Assembly: GCA_964016885.1 (NCBI GenBank)
Contig: OZ024744.1
Span: 15,748,001-15,812,000 of the forward strand
Reading direction: 5' to 3'
Source: Eledone cirrhosa
Taxonomy: Eukaryota
DNA: 64,000 nt
Position 1 is the stretch's first letter. Each line of letters begins with the position of its first letter. Below the pieces are notes generated by a model. That model ran no database searches and was not told where the DNA came from. It saw only the letters and a list, made by a program, of their open reading frames with translations. Position numbers and translations under genes: made by a program. Positions 1 through 12,100 of the stretch are shown piece after piece.

Positions 1-1499
1 TAATGTATCTCCTGTGTGTTGGTTCCCACAATAGTAAATTGTGTATAACTTCCTCTACTGTGTCTCCCGTGAGTTGGTTCCCACAATAGTAACTTGTGTA
101 TAACTTCCTCTACTGTGTGTCCCGTGAGTTGGTTCCCACAATAGTAACTTGTGTATAACTTCCCCTACTGTGTCTCCTGTGTGTTGGTTCCCACAATTGT
201 AACTTGTGTATAACTTCCTCTACTGTGTCTCCCGTGAGTTGGTCCCCACAATAGTAACTTGTGTATAACTACCTCTACTGTGTCTCCTGTGTGTTGGTTC
301 CCACAATAGTAACTTGTGTATAACTTCCTCTACTGTATCTCCTGTGTGTTAGTTCCCACAATAGTAACTTGTGTATAACTTCCTCTACTGTATCTCCTGT
401 GTGTTGGTTCCCGCAATAGTAAATTGTGTATAACTTCCTCTACTGTATCTCCTGTGTGTTGGTTCCCACAATAGTAAATTGTGTATAACTTCCTCTACTG
501 TATCTCCTGTGTATTGGTTCCCCCAATAATAACTTGTGTATAACTTCCTCTACTGTGTCTCCCGTGAGTTGTTTCCCACAATAGTAACTTGTGTATAACT
601 TCATCTACTGTGTCTCCTGTGTGTTGGTTCCCACAATAGTAACTTTTGTATAACTTCCTCTACTGTGTCTCCTGTGTGTTGGTTCCCACAATAGTAACTT
701 GTGTATAACTTCCTCTACTGTCTCTTGTGAGTTGGTTCCCACAATGGTAACTTGTGTATAACTTCCTCTACTGTGTCCCCCGTGAGTTGGTCCCCACAAT
801 AGTAACTTGTGCATAACTTACTCTACTGTATCTCCTGTGTGTTGGTTCCCACAGTGTATAACTTCCTCTACTTTATCTCCTGTGTGTTGGTTCCCACAAT
901 AGTTACTTGTGTATAACTTACTCTACTGTGTGTCCCGTGAGTTGGTCCCCACAATAGTAACTTGTGTATAACTTACTCTACTGTGTCTCCCGTGAGTTGG
1001 TCACCACAATAGTAACTTGTGTATAACTTCCTCTACTGTATCTCCTGTGTGTTGGTTCCCACAATTGTAACTTGTGTATAACTTCCTCTACTGTATCTCC
1101 TGTGTGTTAGTTCCCACAATAGTAACTTGTGTTTAACTTCCTCTACTGTTTCTCCCGTGAGTTGGATCCCACAATAGTAACTTGTGTATAACTACCCATA
1201 CTCTGTATCTCGTGAGTTGGTTCCCACAATAGTAACTTGTGTATAACTTCCTCTACTGTGTCTCACGTGAGTTGGTCCCCACAATAGTAACTTGTGCATA
1301 ACTTCCTCTACTGTATCTCCTGTGTGTTGGTTCCCACAATAGTAACTTGTGTATAACTTCCTCTACTGTATCTCCTGTGTGTTGGTTCCCACAATAGTAA
1401 CTTGTGTATAACTTACTCTACTGTGTCTCCCGTGAGTTGGTTCCCAGAATAGTAACTTGTGTATAACTTCCTCTACTGAGTCTCCCGTGAGTTGGTCCC

Positions 1500-4140
1500 C
1501 ATAATAGTAACTTGTGTATAACTTCCTCTACTGTGTCTCCCGTGAGTTGGTCCCCACAATAGTAACTTGTATATAACTTCCTCTACTGTGCCTCCTGTGT
1601 GTTGGTTCCCACAATAGTAACTTGTGTATAACTTCCTCTACTGTGTCTCCTGTGTGTTGGTTCCCACAATAGTAACCTGTGTATAACTTCCTCTACTGTA
1701 TCTCCTGTGTGTTGGTTCCTACAATAGTAACTTGTGTATAACTTCCTCTACTGTATCTCCTGTGTGTTGGTTCCCACAATAGTAAATTCTGTATAACTTC
1801 CTCTACTGTATCTCCTGTGTGTTGGTTCCCACAATAGTAACTTGTGTATAACTTGCTCTACTGTATCTCCTGTCTGTTGGTTCCCACAATAGTAAATTGT
1901 GTATAACTGCCTCTACTGTAATCCTGTGTGTTGGTTCCCACAATAATAACATGTGTATAACTTCCTCTACTGTGTCTCCCGTGAGTTGGTTCCCACAATA
2001 GTAACTTGTGTATAACTTCCTCTACTGTGTCTCCTGTATGTTGGTTCCCACAATAGTAACTTGTGTATAACTTCCTCGACTGTATCTCCTGTGTGTTGGT
2101 TCCCACAATAGTAACTTGTGTATAACTTCCTCTACTGTGTCTCCCGTGAGTTGGTTCCCACAATAGTAACTTGTGTATAACTTCCTCTACTGTGTCTCCC
2201 GTGAGTTGGTCCCCACAATAGTAACTTGTGCATAACTTCCTCTACTGTATCTCCTGTGTGTTGGTTCCCACAATAGTAACTTGTGTATTACTTGCTCTAC
2301 TGTATCTCCTGTGTGTTGGTTCCCACAATAGTAACTTGTGTATAACTTCCTCTACTGTATCTCCTGTGTGTTGGTTCCCACAATAATAACATGTGTATAA
2401 CTTCCTCTACTGTGTCTCCCGTGAGTTGGTTCCCAGAATAGTAACTTGTGTATAACTTCCTCTACTGAGTCTCCCGTGAGTTGGTCCCCACAATAGTAAC
2501 TTCTGCATACCTTACTCTACTGTATCTCCTGTGTGTTGGTTCCCACAATAGTAACTTGTGTATAACTTCCTCTACTGTGTCTCCTGTGTGTTGGTTCCCA
2601 CAATAGTAACTTGTGTATAACTTCCTCTACTGTATCTCCTGTGTGTTGGTTCCCACAATAATAACATGTGTATAACTTACTCTACTGTGTCTCCCGTGAG
2701 TTGGTTCCCACAATAGTAACTTGTGTATAACTTCCTCTACTGTGTGTCCCGTGAATTGGTTCCCATAATAGTAACTTGTGTATAACTTCCTCTACTGTGT
2801 CTCCCGTGAGTTGGTCCCCACAATAGTAACTTGTATTTAACTTCCTCTACTGTGCCTCCTGTGTGTTGGTTCCCACAATAGTAACTTGTGTATAACTTCC
2901 TCTACTGTGTCTCCTGTGTGTTGGTTCCCACAATAGTAATCTGTGTATAACTTCCTCTACTGTATCTCCTGTGTGTTGGTTCCTACAATAGTAACTTGTG
3001 TATAACTTACTCTACTGTATCTCCTGTGTGTTGGTTCCCACAATAGTAAATTGTGTATAACTTCCTCTACTGTATCTCCTGTGTGTTGGTTCCCACAATA
3101 GTAACTTGTGTATAACTTGCTCTACTGTATCTCCTGTCTGTTGGTTCCCACAATAGTAAATTGTGTATAACTTCCTCTACTGTAATCCTGTGTGTTGGTT
3201 CCCACAATAATAACATGTGTATAACTTCCTCTACTGTGTCTCCCGTGAGTTGGTTCCCACAATAATAACTTGTGTATAACTTCCTCTACTGTGTCTCCTG
3301 TATGTTGGTTCCCACAATAGTAACTTGTGTATAACTTCCTCGACTGTATCTCCTGTGTGTTGGTTCCCACAATAGTAACTTGTGTATAACTTCCTCTACT
3401 GTGTCTCCCGTGAGTTGGTTCCCACAATAGTAACTTGTGTATAACTTCCCCTACTGTGTCTCCCGTGAGTTGGTCCCCACAATAGTAACTTGTGCATAAC
3501 TTCCTCTACTGTATCTCCTGTGTGTTGGTTCCCACAATAGTAACTTGTGTATTACTTGCTCTACTGTATCTCCTGTGTGTTGGTTCCCACAATAGTAACT
3601 TGTGTATAACTTCCTCTACTGTATCTCCTGTGTGTTGGTTCCCACAATAATAACATGTGTATAACTTCCTCTACTGTGTCTCCCGTGAGTTGGTTCCCAG
3701 AATAGTAACTTGTGTATAACTTCCTCTACTGAGTCTCCCGTGAGTTGGTCCCCACAATAGTAACTTGTGCATACCTTCCTCTACTGTATCTCCTGTGTGT
3801 TGGTTCCCACAATAGTAACTTGTGTATAACTTCCTCTACTGTGTCTCCTGTGTGTTGGTTCCCACAATAGTAACTTGTGTATAACTTCCTCTACTGTATC
3901 TCCTGTGTGTTGGTTCCCACAATAATAACATGTGTATAACTTACTCTACTGTGTCTCCCGTGAGTTGGTTCCCACAATAGTAACTTGTGTATAACTTCCT
4001 CTACTGTGTGTCCCGTGAATTGGTTCCCATAATAGTAACTTGTGTATAACTTCCTCTACTGTGTCTCCCGTGAGTTGGTCCCCACAATAGTAACTTGTAT
4101 ATAACTTCCTCTACTGTGCCTCCTGTGTGTTGGTTCCCAC
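1500..4140 (+). repeat. Tandem higher-order duplication, 23-monomer unit (1264 bp)
   Basis: Identical ORF-track entries at 1858 and 3122, and the variant TCCCATAAT at 2761 and 4025. 1264 = 23x55 - 1 (one 1-bp deletion monomer). Confidence 0.9.
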
Positions 4141-4149
4141 AATAGTAAC

Positions 4150-4810
4150 CTGTGTATAACTTCCTCTACTGTATCTCCTGTGTGTTGGTTCCTACAATAG
4201 TAACTTGTGTATAACTTCCTCTACTGCATCTCCTGTGTGTTGGTTCCCACAATAGTAAATTGTGTATAACTTCCTCTACTGTATCTCCTGTGTGTTGGTT
4301 CCTACAATAGTAACTTGTGTATAACTTCCTCTACTGTGTCTCCTGTGTGTTGATTCCCACAATAGTAACTTGTGTATAACTTCCTCTACTGTGTCTCCCG
4401 TTAGTTGGTCCCCACAATAATATCTTGTGTATAACTTCCTCTACTGTGTCTCCTGTGTGTTGGTTCCCACAATAGTAACTTGTGTATAACTTCCTCTACT
4501 GTATCTCCTGTGTGTTGGTTCCTACAATAGTAACTTGTGTATAACTTCCTCTACTGTATCTCCTGTGTGTTGGTTCCCACAATAGTAAATTGTGTATAAC
4601 TTCCTCTACTGTATCTCCTGTGTGTTGGTTCCTACAATAGTAACTTGTGTATAACTTCCTCTACTGTGTCTCCTGTGTGTTGATTCCCACAATAGTAACT
4701 TGTGTATAACTTCCTCTACTGTGTCTCCCGTTAGTTGGTCCCCACAATAATATCTTGTGTATAACTTCCTCTACTGTGTCTCCTGTGTGTTGGTTCCCAC
4801 AATAGTAACT
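4150..4810 (+). repeat. Tandem 6-monomer duplication (330 bp)
   Basis: TGATTCCC at 4351 and 4681; CCCGTTAG...AATAATATC at about 4397 and 4727. Confidence 0.85.
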
Positions 4811-7800
4811 TGTGTATAACTTCCTCTACTGTGTCTCCCGTGAGTTGGTTCCCACAATAGTAACTTGTGTATAACTTACTCTACTGTGTCTCCCGTGAAT
4901 TCGTCCCCACAATAGTAACTTGTGTATAACTTACTCTACTGTGTCTCCCGTGAGTTGGTCCCCACAATAGTAACTCGTGTATAACTTCCTCTACTGTATC
5001 TCCTGTGTGTTGGTTCCCACAATAGTAACTTGTGTATAACTTCCTCTAATGTATCTCCTGTGTGTTGGTTCCCACAATAGTAAATTGTGTATAACTTCAT
5101 CTACTGTGTCTCCCGTGAGTTGGTTCCCACAATAGTAACTTGTGTATAACTTCCTCTACTGTGTGTCCCGTGAGTTGGTTCCCACAATAGTAACTTGTGT
5201 ATAACTTACTCTACTGTGTCTCCCGTGAGTTGGTCCCCACAATAGTAACTTGTGTATAACTTCCTCTACTGTATCTCCTGTGAATTGGTTCCCATAATAG
5301 TAACTTGTGTATAACTTCCTCTACTGTGTCTCCCGTGAGTTGGTCCCCACAATAGTAACTTGTATATAACTTCCTCTACTGTGCCTCCTGTGTGTTGGTT
5401 CCCACAATAGTAACTTGTGTATAACTTCCTCTACTGTGTCTCCTGTGTGTTGGTTCCCACAATAGTAACCTGTGTATAACTTCCTCTACTGTGTCTCCTG
5501 TGTGTTGATTCCCACAATAGTAACTTGTGTATAACTTCCTCTACTGTGTCTCCCGTTAGTTGGTCCCCACAATAATATCTTGTGTATAACTTCCTCTACT
5601 GTGTCTCCTGTGTGTTGGTTCCCACAATAGTAACTTGTGTATAACTTCCTCTACTGTGTCTCCCGTGAGTTGGTTCCCACAATAGTAACCTGTGTATAAC
5701 TTCCTCTACTGTATCTCCTGTGTGTTGGTTCCCACAATAATAACATGTGTATAACTTCCTCTACTGTGTCTCCCGTGAGTTGGTTCCCAGAATAGTAACT
5801 TGTGTATAACTTCCTCTACTGAGTCTCCCGTGAGTTGGTCCCCACAATAGTAACTTGTGCATACCTTCCTCTACTGTATCTCCTGTGTGTTGGTTCCCAC
5901 AATAGTAACTTGTGTATAACTTCCTCTACTGTGTCTCCTGTGTGTTGGTTCCCACAATAGTAACTTGTGTATAACTTCCTCTACTGTATCTCCTGTGTGT
6001 TGGTTCCCACAATAATAACATGTGTATAACTTACTCTACTGTGTCTCCCGTGAGTTGGTTCCCACAATAGTAACTTGTGTATAACTTCCTCTACTGTGTG
6101 TCCCGTGAATTGGTTCCCATAATAGTAACTTGTGTATAACTTCCTCTACTGTGTCTCCCGTGAGTTGGTTCCCACAATAGTAACTTGTGTATAACTTCCT
6201 CTACTGTGTGTCCCGTGAGTTGGTTCCCACAATAGTAACTTGTGTATAACTTCCTCTACTGTGCCTCCTGTGTGTTGGTTCCCACAATAGTAACTTGTGT
6301 ATAACTTCCTCTACTGTGTCTCCCGTGAGTTGGTCCCCACAATAGTAACTTGTGTATAACTTCCTCTACTGTGTCTCCTCTGTGTTGGTTCCCACAATAG
6401 TAACTTGTGTATAACTTCCTCTACTGTATCTCCCGTGAGTTGGTCCCCACAATAGTAACTCGTGTATAACTTCCTCTACTGTATCTCCTGTGTGTTGGTT
6501 CCCACAATAGTAACTTGTGTATAACTTCCTCTAATGTATCTCCTGTGTGTTGGTTCCCACACTAGTAAATTGTGTATAACTTCCTCTACTGTGTCTCCCG
6601 TGAGTTGGTTCCCACAATAGTAACTTGTGTATAACTTCCTCTACTGTATCTCCTGTGTGTTGGTTCCCACAATAGTAAATTGTGTATAACTTCCTCTACT
6701 GTATCTCCTGTGTGTTGGTTCCCACAATAATAACTTGTGTATTACTTCCTCTACTGTGTCTCCCGTGAGTTGGTTCCCACAATAGTAACTTGTGTATAAC
6801 TTCCTCTACTGTGTCTCCTGTGTGTTGGTTCCCACAATAGTAACTTGTGTATAACTTCCTCTACTGTGTCTCCTGTATGTTGGTTCCCACAATAGTAACT
6901 TGTGTATAACTTCCTCTACTGTGTCTCCTGTGTGTTGGTTCCCACAATAGTAACTTGTGTATAACTTCCTCTACTGTCTCTCGTGAGTTGGTTCCCACAA
7001 TGGTAACTTGTGTATAACTTCCTCTACTGTGTCCCCCGTGAGTTGGTCCGCACAATAGTAACTTGTGCATAACTTACTCTACTGTATCTCCTGTGTGTTG
7101 GTTCCCACAGTGTATAACTTCCTCTACTGTATCTCCTGTGTGTTGGTTCCCACAATAGTTACTTGTGTATAACTTACTCTACTGTGTGCCCCGTGAGTTG
7201 GTCCCAACAATAGTAACTTGTGTATAACTTACTCTACTGTGTCTCCCGTGAGTTGGTCACCACAATAGTAACTTGTGTATAACTTCCTCTACTGTATCTC
7301 CTGTGTGTTGGTTCCCACAATAGTAACTTGTGTATAACTTCCTCTACTGTATCTCCTGTGTGTTGGTTCCCACAATAGTAACTTGTGTTTAACTTCCTCT
7401 ACTCTTTCTCCCGTGAGTTGGTTCCCACAATACTAACTTTTGTATAACTACCCATACTCTGTATCTCATGAGTTGGTTCCCACAATAGTAACTTGTGTTT
7501 AACTTCCTCTACTGTTTCTCCCGTGAGTTGGTTCCCACAATAGTAACTTGTGTATAACTACCCTTACTCTGTATCTCGTGAGTTGGTTCCCACAATAGTA
7601 ACTTGTGCATAACTTCCTCTACTGTATCTCCTGTGTGTTCGTTCCCACAATAGTAACTTGTGTATAACTTCCCCTACTGTATCTCCTGTGTGTTGGTTCC
7701 CACAATAGTAACTTGTGTATAACTTACTCTACTGTGTCTCCCGTGAGTTGGTCCCCACAATAGTAACTTGTGTATAACTTACTCTACTGTGTCTCCCGTG

Positions 7801-9129
7801 AGTTGGTCCCCATAATAGTAACTTGTGTATAACTTTCTCTACTGTATCTCCTGTGTGTTGGTTCCCACAATAGTAACTTGTGTATAACTTCCTCTACTGT
7901 ATCTCCTGTGTGTTGGTTCCCACAATAGTAACTTGTGTATAACTTACTCTACTGTGTCTCCCGTGAGTTGGTTCCCACAATAGTAACTTGTGTATAACTT
8001 CCTCTACTGTGTGTCCTGTGAATTGGTTCCCATAATAGTAACTTGTGTATAACTTCCTCTACTGTGTCTCCCGTGAGTTGGTCCCCACAATAGTAACTTG
8101 TATATAACTTCCTCTACTGTGCCTCCTGTGTGTTGGTTCCCACAATAGTAACTTGTGTATAACTTCCTCTACTGTGTCTCCTGTGTGTTGGTTCCCACAA
8201 TAGTAACCTGTGTATAACTTCCTCTACTGTATCTCCTGTGTGTTGGTTCCTACAATAGTAACTTGTGTATAACTTCCTCTACTGTATCTCCTGTGTGTTG
8301 GTTCCCACAATAGTAAATTGTGTATAACTTCCTCTACTGTATCTCCTGTGTGTTGGTTCCCACAATAGTAACTTGTGTATAACTTGCTCTACTGTATCTC
8401 CTGTCTGTTGGTTCCCACAATAGTAAATTGTGTATAACTTCCTCTACTGTAATCCTGTGTGTTGGTTCCCACAATAATAACATGTGTATAACTTCCTCTA
8501 CTGTGTCTCCCGTGAGTTGGTTCCCACAATAGTAACTTGTGTATGACTTCCTCTACTGTGTCTGCTGTATGTTGGTTCCCACAATAGTAACTTGTGTATA
8601 ACTTCCTCGACTGTATCTCCTGTGTGTTGGTTCCCACAATAGTAACTTGTGTATAACTTCCTCTACTGTGTCTCCCGTGAGTTGGTTCCCACAATAGTAA
8701 CTTGTGTATAACTTCCTCTACTGTGTCTCCCGTGAGTTGGTCCCCACAATAGTAACTTGTGCATAACTTCCTCTACTGTATCTCCTGTGTGTTGGTTCCC
8801 ACAATAGTAACTTGTGTATTACTTGCTCTACTGTATCTCCTGTGTGTTGGTTCCCACAATAGTAACTTGTGTATAACTTCCTCTACTGTATCTCCTGTGT
8901 GTTGGTTCCCACAATAATAACATGTGTATAACTTCCTCTACTGTGTCTCCCGTGAGTTGGTTCCCAGAATAGTAACTTGTGTATAACTTCCTCTACTGAG
9001 TCTCCCGTGAGTTGGTCCCCACAATAGTAACTTGTGCATACCTTCCTCTACTGTATCTCCTGTGTGTTGGTTCCCACAATAGTAACTTGTGTATAACTTC
9101 CTCTACTGTGTCTCCTGTGTGTTGGTTCC

Positions 9130-12100
9130 CACAATAGTAACTTGTGTATAACTTCCTCTACTGTATCTCCTGTGTGTTGGTTCCCACAATAATAACATGT
9201 GTATAACTTACTCTACTGTGTCTCTCGTGAGTTGGTTCCCACAATAGTAATTTGTGTATAACTTCCTCTACTGTGTGTCCCGTGAATTGGTTCCCATAAT
9301 AGTAACTTGTGTATAACTTCCTCTACTGTGTCTCCCGTGAGTTGGTCCCCACAATAGTAACTTGTATATAACTTCCTCTACTGTGCCTCCTGTGTGTTGG
9401 TTCCCACAATAGTAACTTGTGTATAACTTCCTCTACTGTGTCTCCTGTGTGTTGGTTCCCACAATAGTAACCTGTGTATAACTTCCTCTACTGTATCTCC
9501 TGTGTGTTGGTTCCTACAATAGTAACTTGTGTATAACTTCCTCTACTGTGTCTCCTGTATGTTGGTTCCCACAATAGTAACTTGTGTATAACTTCCTCGA
9601 CTGTATCTCCTGTGTGTTGGTTCCCACAATAGTAACTTGTGTATAACTTCCTCTACTGTGTCTCCCGTGAGTTGGTTCCCACAATAGTAACTTGTGTATA
9701 ACTTCCTCTACTGTGTCTCCTGTGTGTTGGTTCCCACAATAGTAACTTGTGTATAACTTACTCTACTGTATCACCTGTGTGTTGGTTCCCACAATAGTAA
9801 ATTGTGTATAACTTCCTATACTGTATCTCCTGTGTGTTGGTTCCCACAATAGTAACTTGTGTATAACTTCCTCTACTGTGTCTCCCGTGAGCTGGTTCCC
9901 ACAATAGTAACTTGTGTATAACTTCCTCTACTGTGTCTCCCGTGAGTTGGTCCCCACAATAGTAACTTGTGCATAACTTCCTCTACTGTATCTCCTGTGT
10001 GTTGGTTCCCACAATAGTAACTTGTGTATTACTTGCTCTACTGTATCTCCTGTGTGTTGGTTCCCACAATAGTAACTTGTGTATAACTTCCTCTACTGTA
10101 TCTCCTGTGTGTTGGTTCCCACAATAATAACATGTGTATAACTTCCTCTACTGTGTCTCCCGTGAGTTGGTTCCCAGAATAGTAACTTGTGTATAACTTC
10201 CTCTACTGAGTCTCCCGTGAGTTGGTCCCCACAATAGTAACTTGTGCATACCTTCCTCTACTGTATCTCCTGTGTGTTGGTTCCCACAATAGTAACTTGT
10301 GTATAACTTCCTCTACTGTGTCTCCTGTGTGTTGGTTCCCACAATAGTAACTTGTGTATAACTTCCTCTACTGTATCTCCTGTGTGTTGGTTCCCACAAT
10401 AATAACATGTGTATAACTTCCTCTACTGTGTCTCCCGGGAGTTGGTTCACACAAAAGTAACTTGTCTATAACTTCCTCTACTGTGTCGCCCGTGAGTTGG
10501 TCCCCACAATAGTAACTTGTGCATAACTTGCTCTACTGTATCTCCTGTGTGTTGGTTCCCACAATAGTAACTTGTGTATAACTTCCTCTACTGTATCTCC
10601 TGTGTGTTGGTTCCCACAATAGTAAATTGTGTATAACTTCCTCTGTGTCACCCGTGAGTTGGTTCCCACAATAGTAACTTGTGTATAACTTACTCTACTG
10701 TGTCTCCCGTGAGTTGGTTCCCACAATAGTAACTTGTGTATAACTTCCTCTACTGTATCTCCTGTGTGTTGGTTCCCACAATAGTAAGTTGTGTATAACT
10801 TCCTCTACTGTGTCTCCTGTGTGTCGGTTCCCACAATAGTAACTTGTGTATAACTTCCTCTACTGTATCTCCTGTAGGTTGGTTCCCACAATAGTAACTT
10901 GTGTATAACTTCCTCTACTGTGTCTCCTGTGTGTTGATTCCCACAATAGTAACTTGTGTATAACTTCCTCTACTGTGTCTCCGGTTAGTTGGTCCCCACA
11001 ATAATATCTTGTGTATAACTTACTCTACTGTGTCTCCTGTGTGTTGGTTCCCACAATAGTAACTTGTGTATAACTTCCACTACTGTGTCTCCTGTGTGTT
11101 GGTTCCCACAATAGTAACTTGTGTATAACTTCCTCTACTGTATCTCCTGTGTGTTGGTTCCCACAATAATAACATGTGTATAACTTACTCTACTGTGTCT
11201 CTCGTGAGTTGGTTCCCACAATAGTAATTTGTGTATAACTTCCTCTACTGTGTGTCCCGTGAATTGGTTCCCATAATAGTAACTTGTGTATAACTTCCTC
11301 TACTGTGTCTCCCGTGACTTGGTCCCCACAATAGTAACTTGTATATAACTTCCTCTACTGTGCCTCCTGTGTGTTGGTTCCCACAATAGTAACTTGTGTA
11401 TAACTTCCTCTACTGTGTCTCCTGTGTGTTGGTTCCCACAATAGTAACCTGTGTATAACTTCCTCTACTGTATCTCCTGTGTGTTGGTTCCTACAATAGT
11501 AACTTGTGTATAACTTCCTCTACTGTATCTCCTGTGTGTTGGTTCCCACAATAGTAAATTGTGTATAACTTCCTCTACTCTATCTCCTGTGTGTTGGTTC
11601 CCACAATAGTAACTTGTGTATAACTTTCTCTACTGTATCTCCTGTCTGTTGGTTCCCACAATAGTAAATTGTGTATAACTTCCTCTACTGTAATCCTGTG
11701 TGTTGCTTCCCACAATAATAACATGTGTATAACTTCCTCTACTGTGTCTCCCGTGAGTTGGTTCCCACAATAGTAACTTGTGTATAACTTCCTCTACTGT
11801 GTCTCCTGTATGTTGGTTCCCACAATAGTAACTTGTGTATAACTTCCTCGACTGTATCTCCTGTGTGTTGGTTCCCACAATAGTAACTTGTGTATAACTT
11901 CCTCTACTGTGTCTCCCGTGAGTTGGTTCCCACAATAGTAACTTGTGTATAACTTCCTCTACTGTGTCTCCTGTGTGTTGGTTCCCACAATAGTAACTTG
12001 TGTATAACTTACTCTACTGTATCACCTGTGTGTTGGTTCCCACAATAGTAAATTGTGTATAACTTCCTCTACTGTATCTCCTGTGTGTTGGTTCCCACAA

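Noticed and set aside
848-890. CACAGTG at the 10-bp deletion junction as a V(D)J RSS heptamer (and CACAATG as a Transib-like end)
   Set aside because: No ACAAAAACC-like nonamer at 12 or 23 bp (TACT[G/T]TATC and CTGTGTGTT are found instead), no inverted partner and no transposase. It is a by-product of the deletion.
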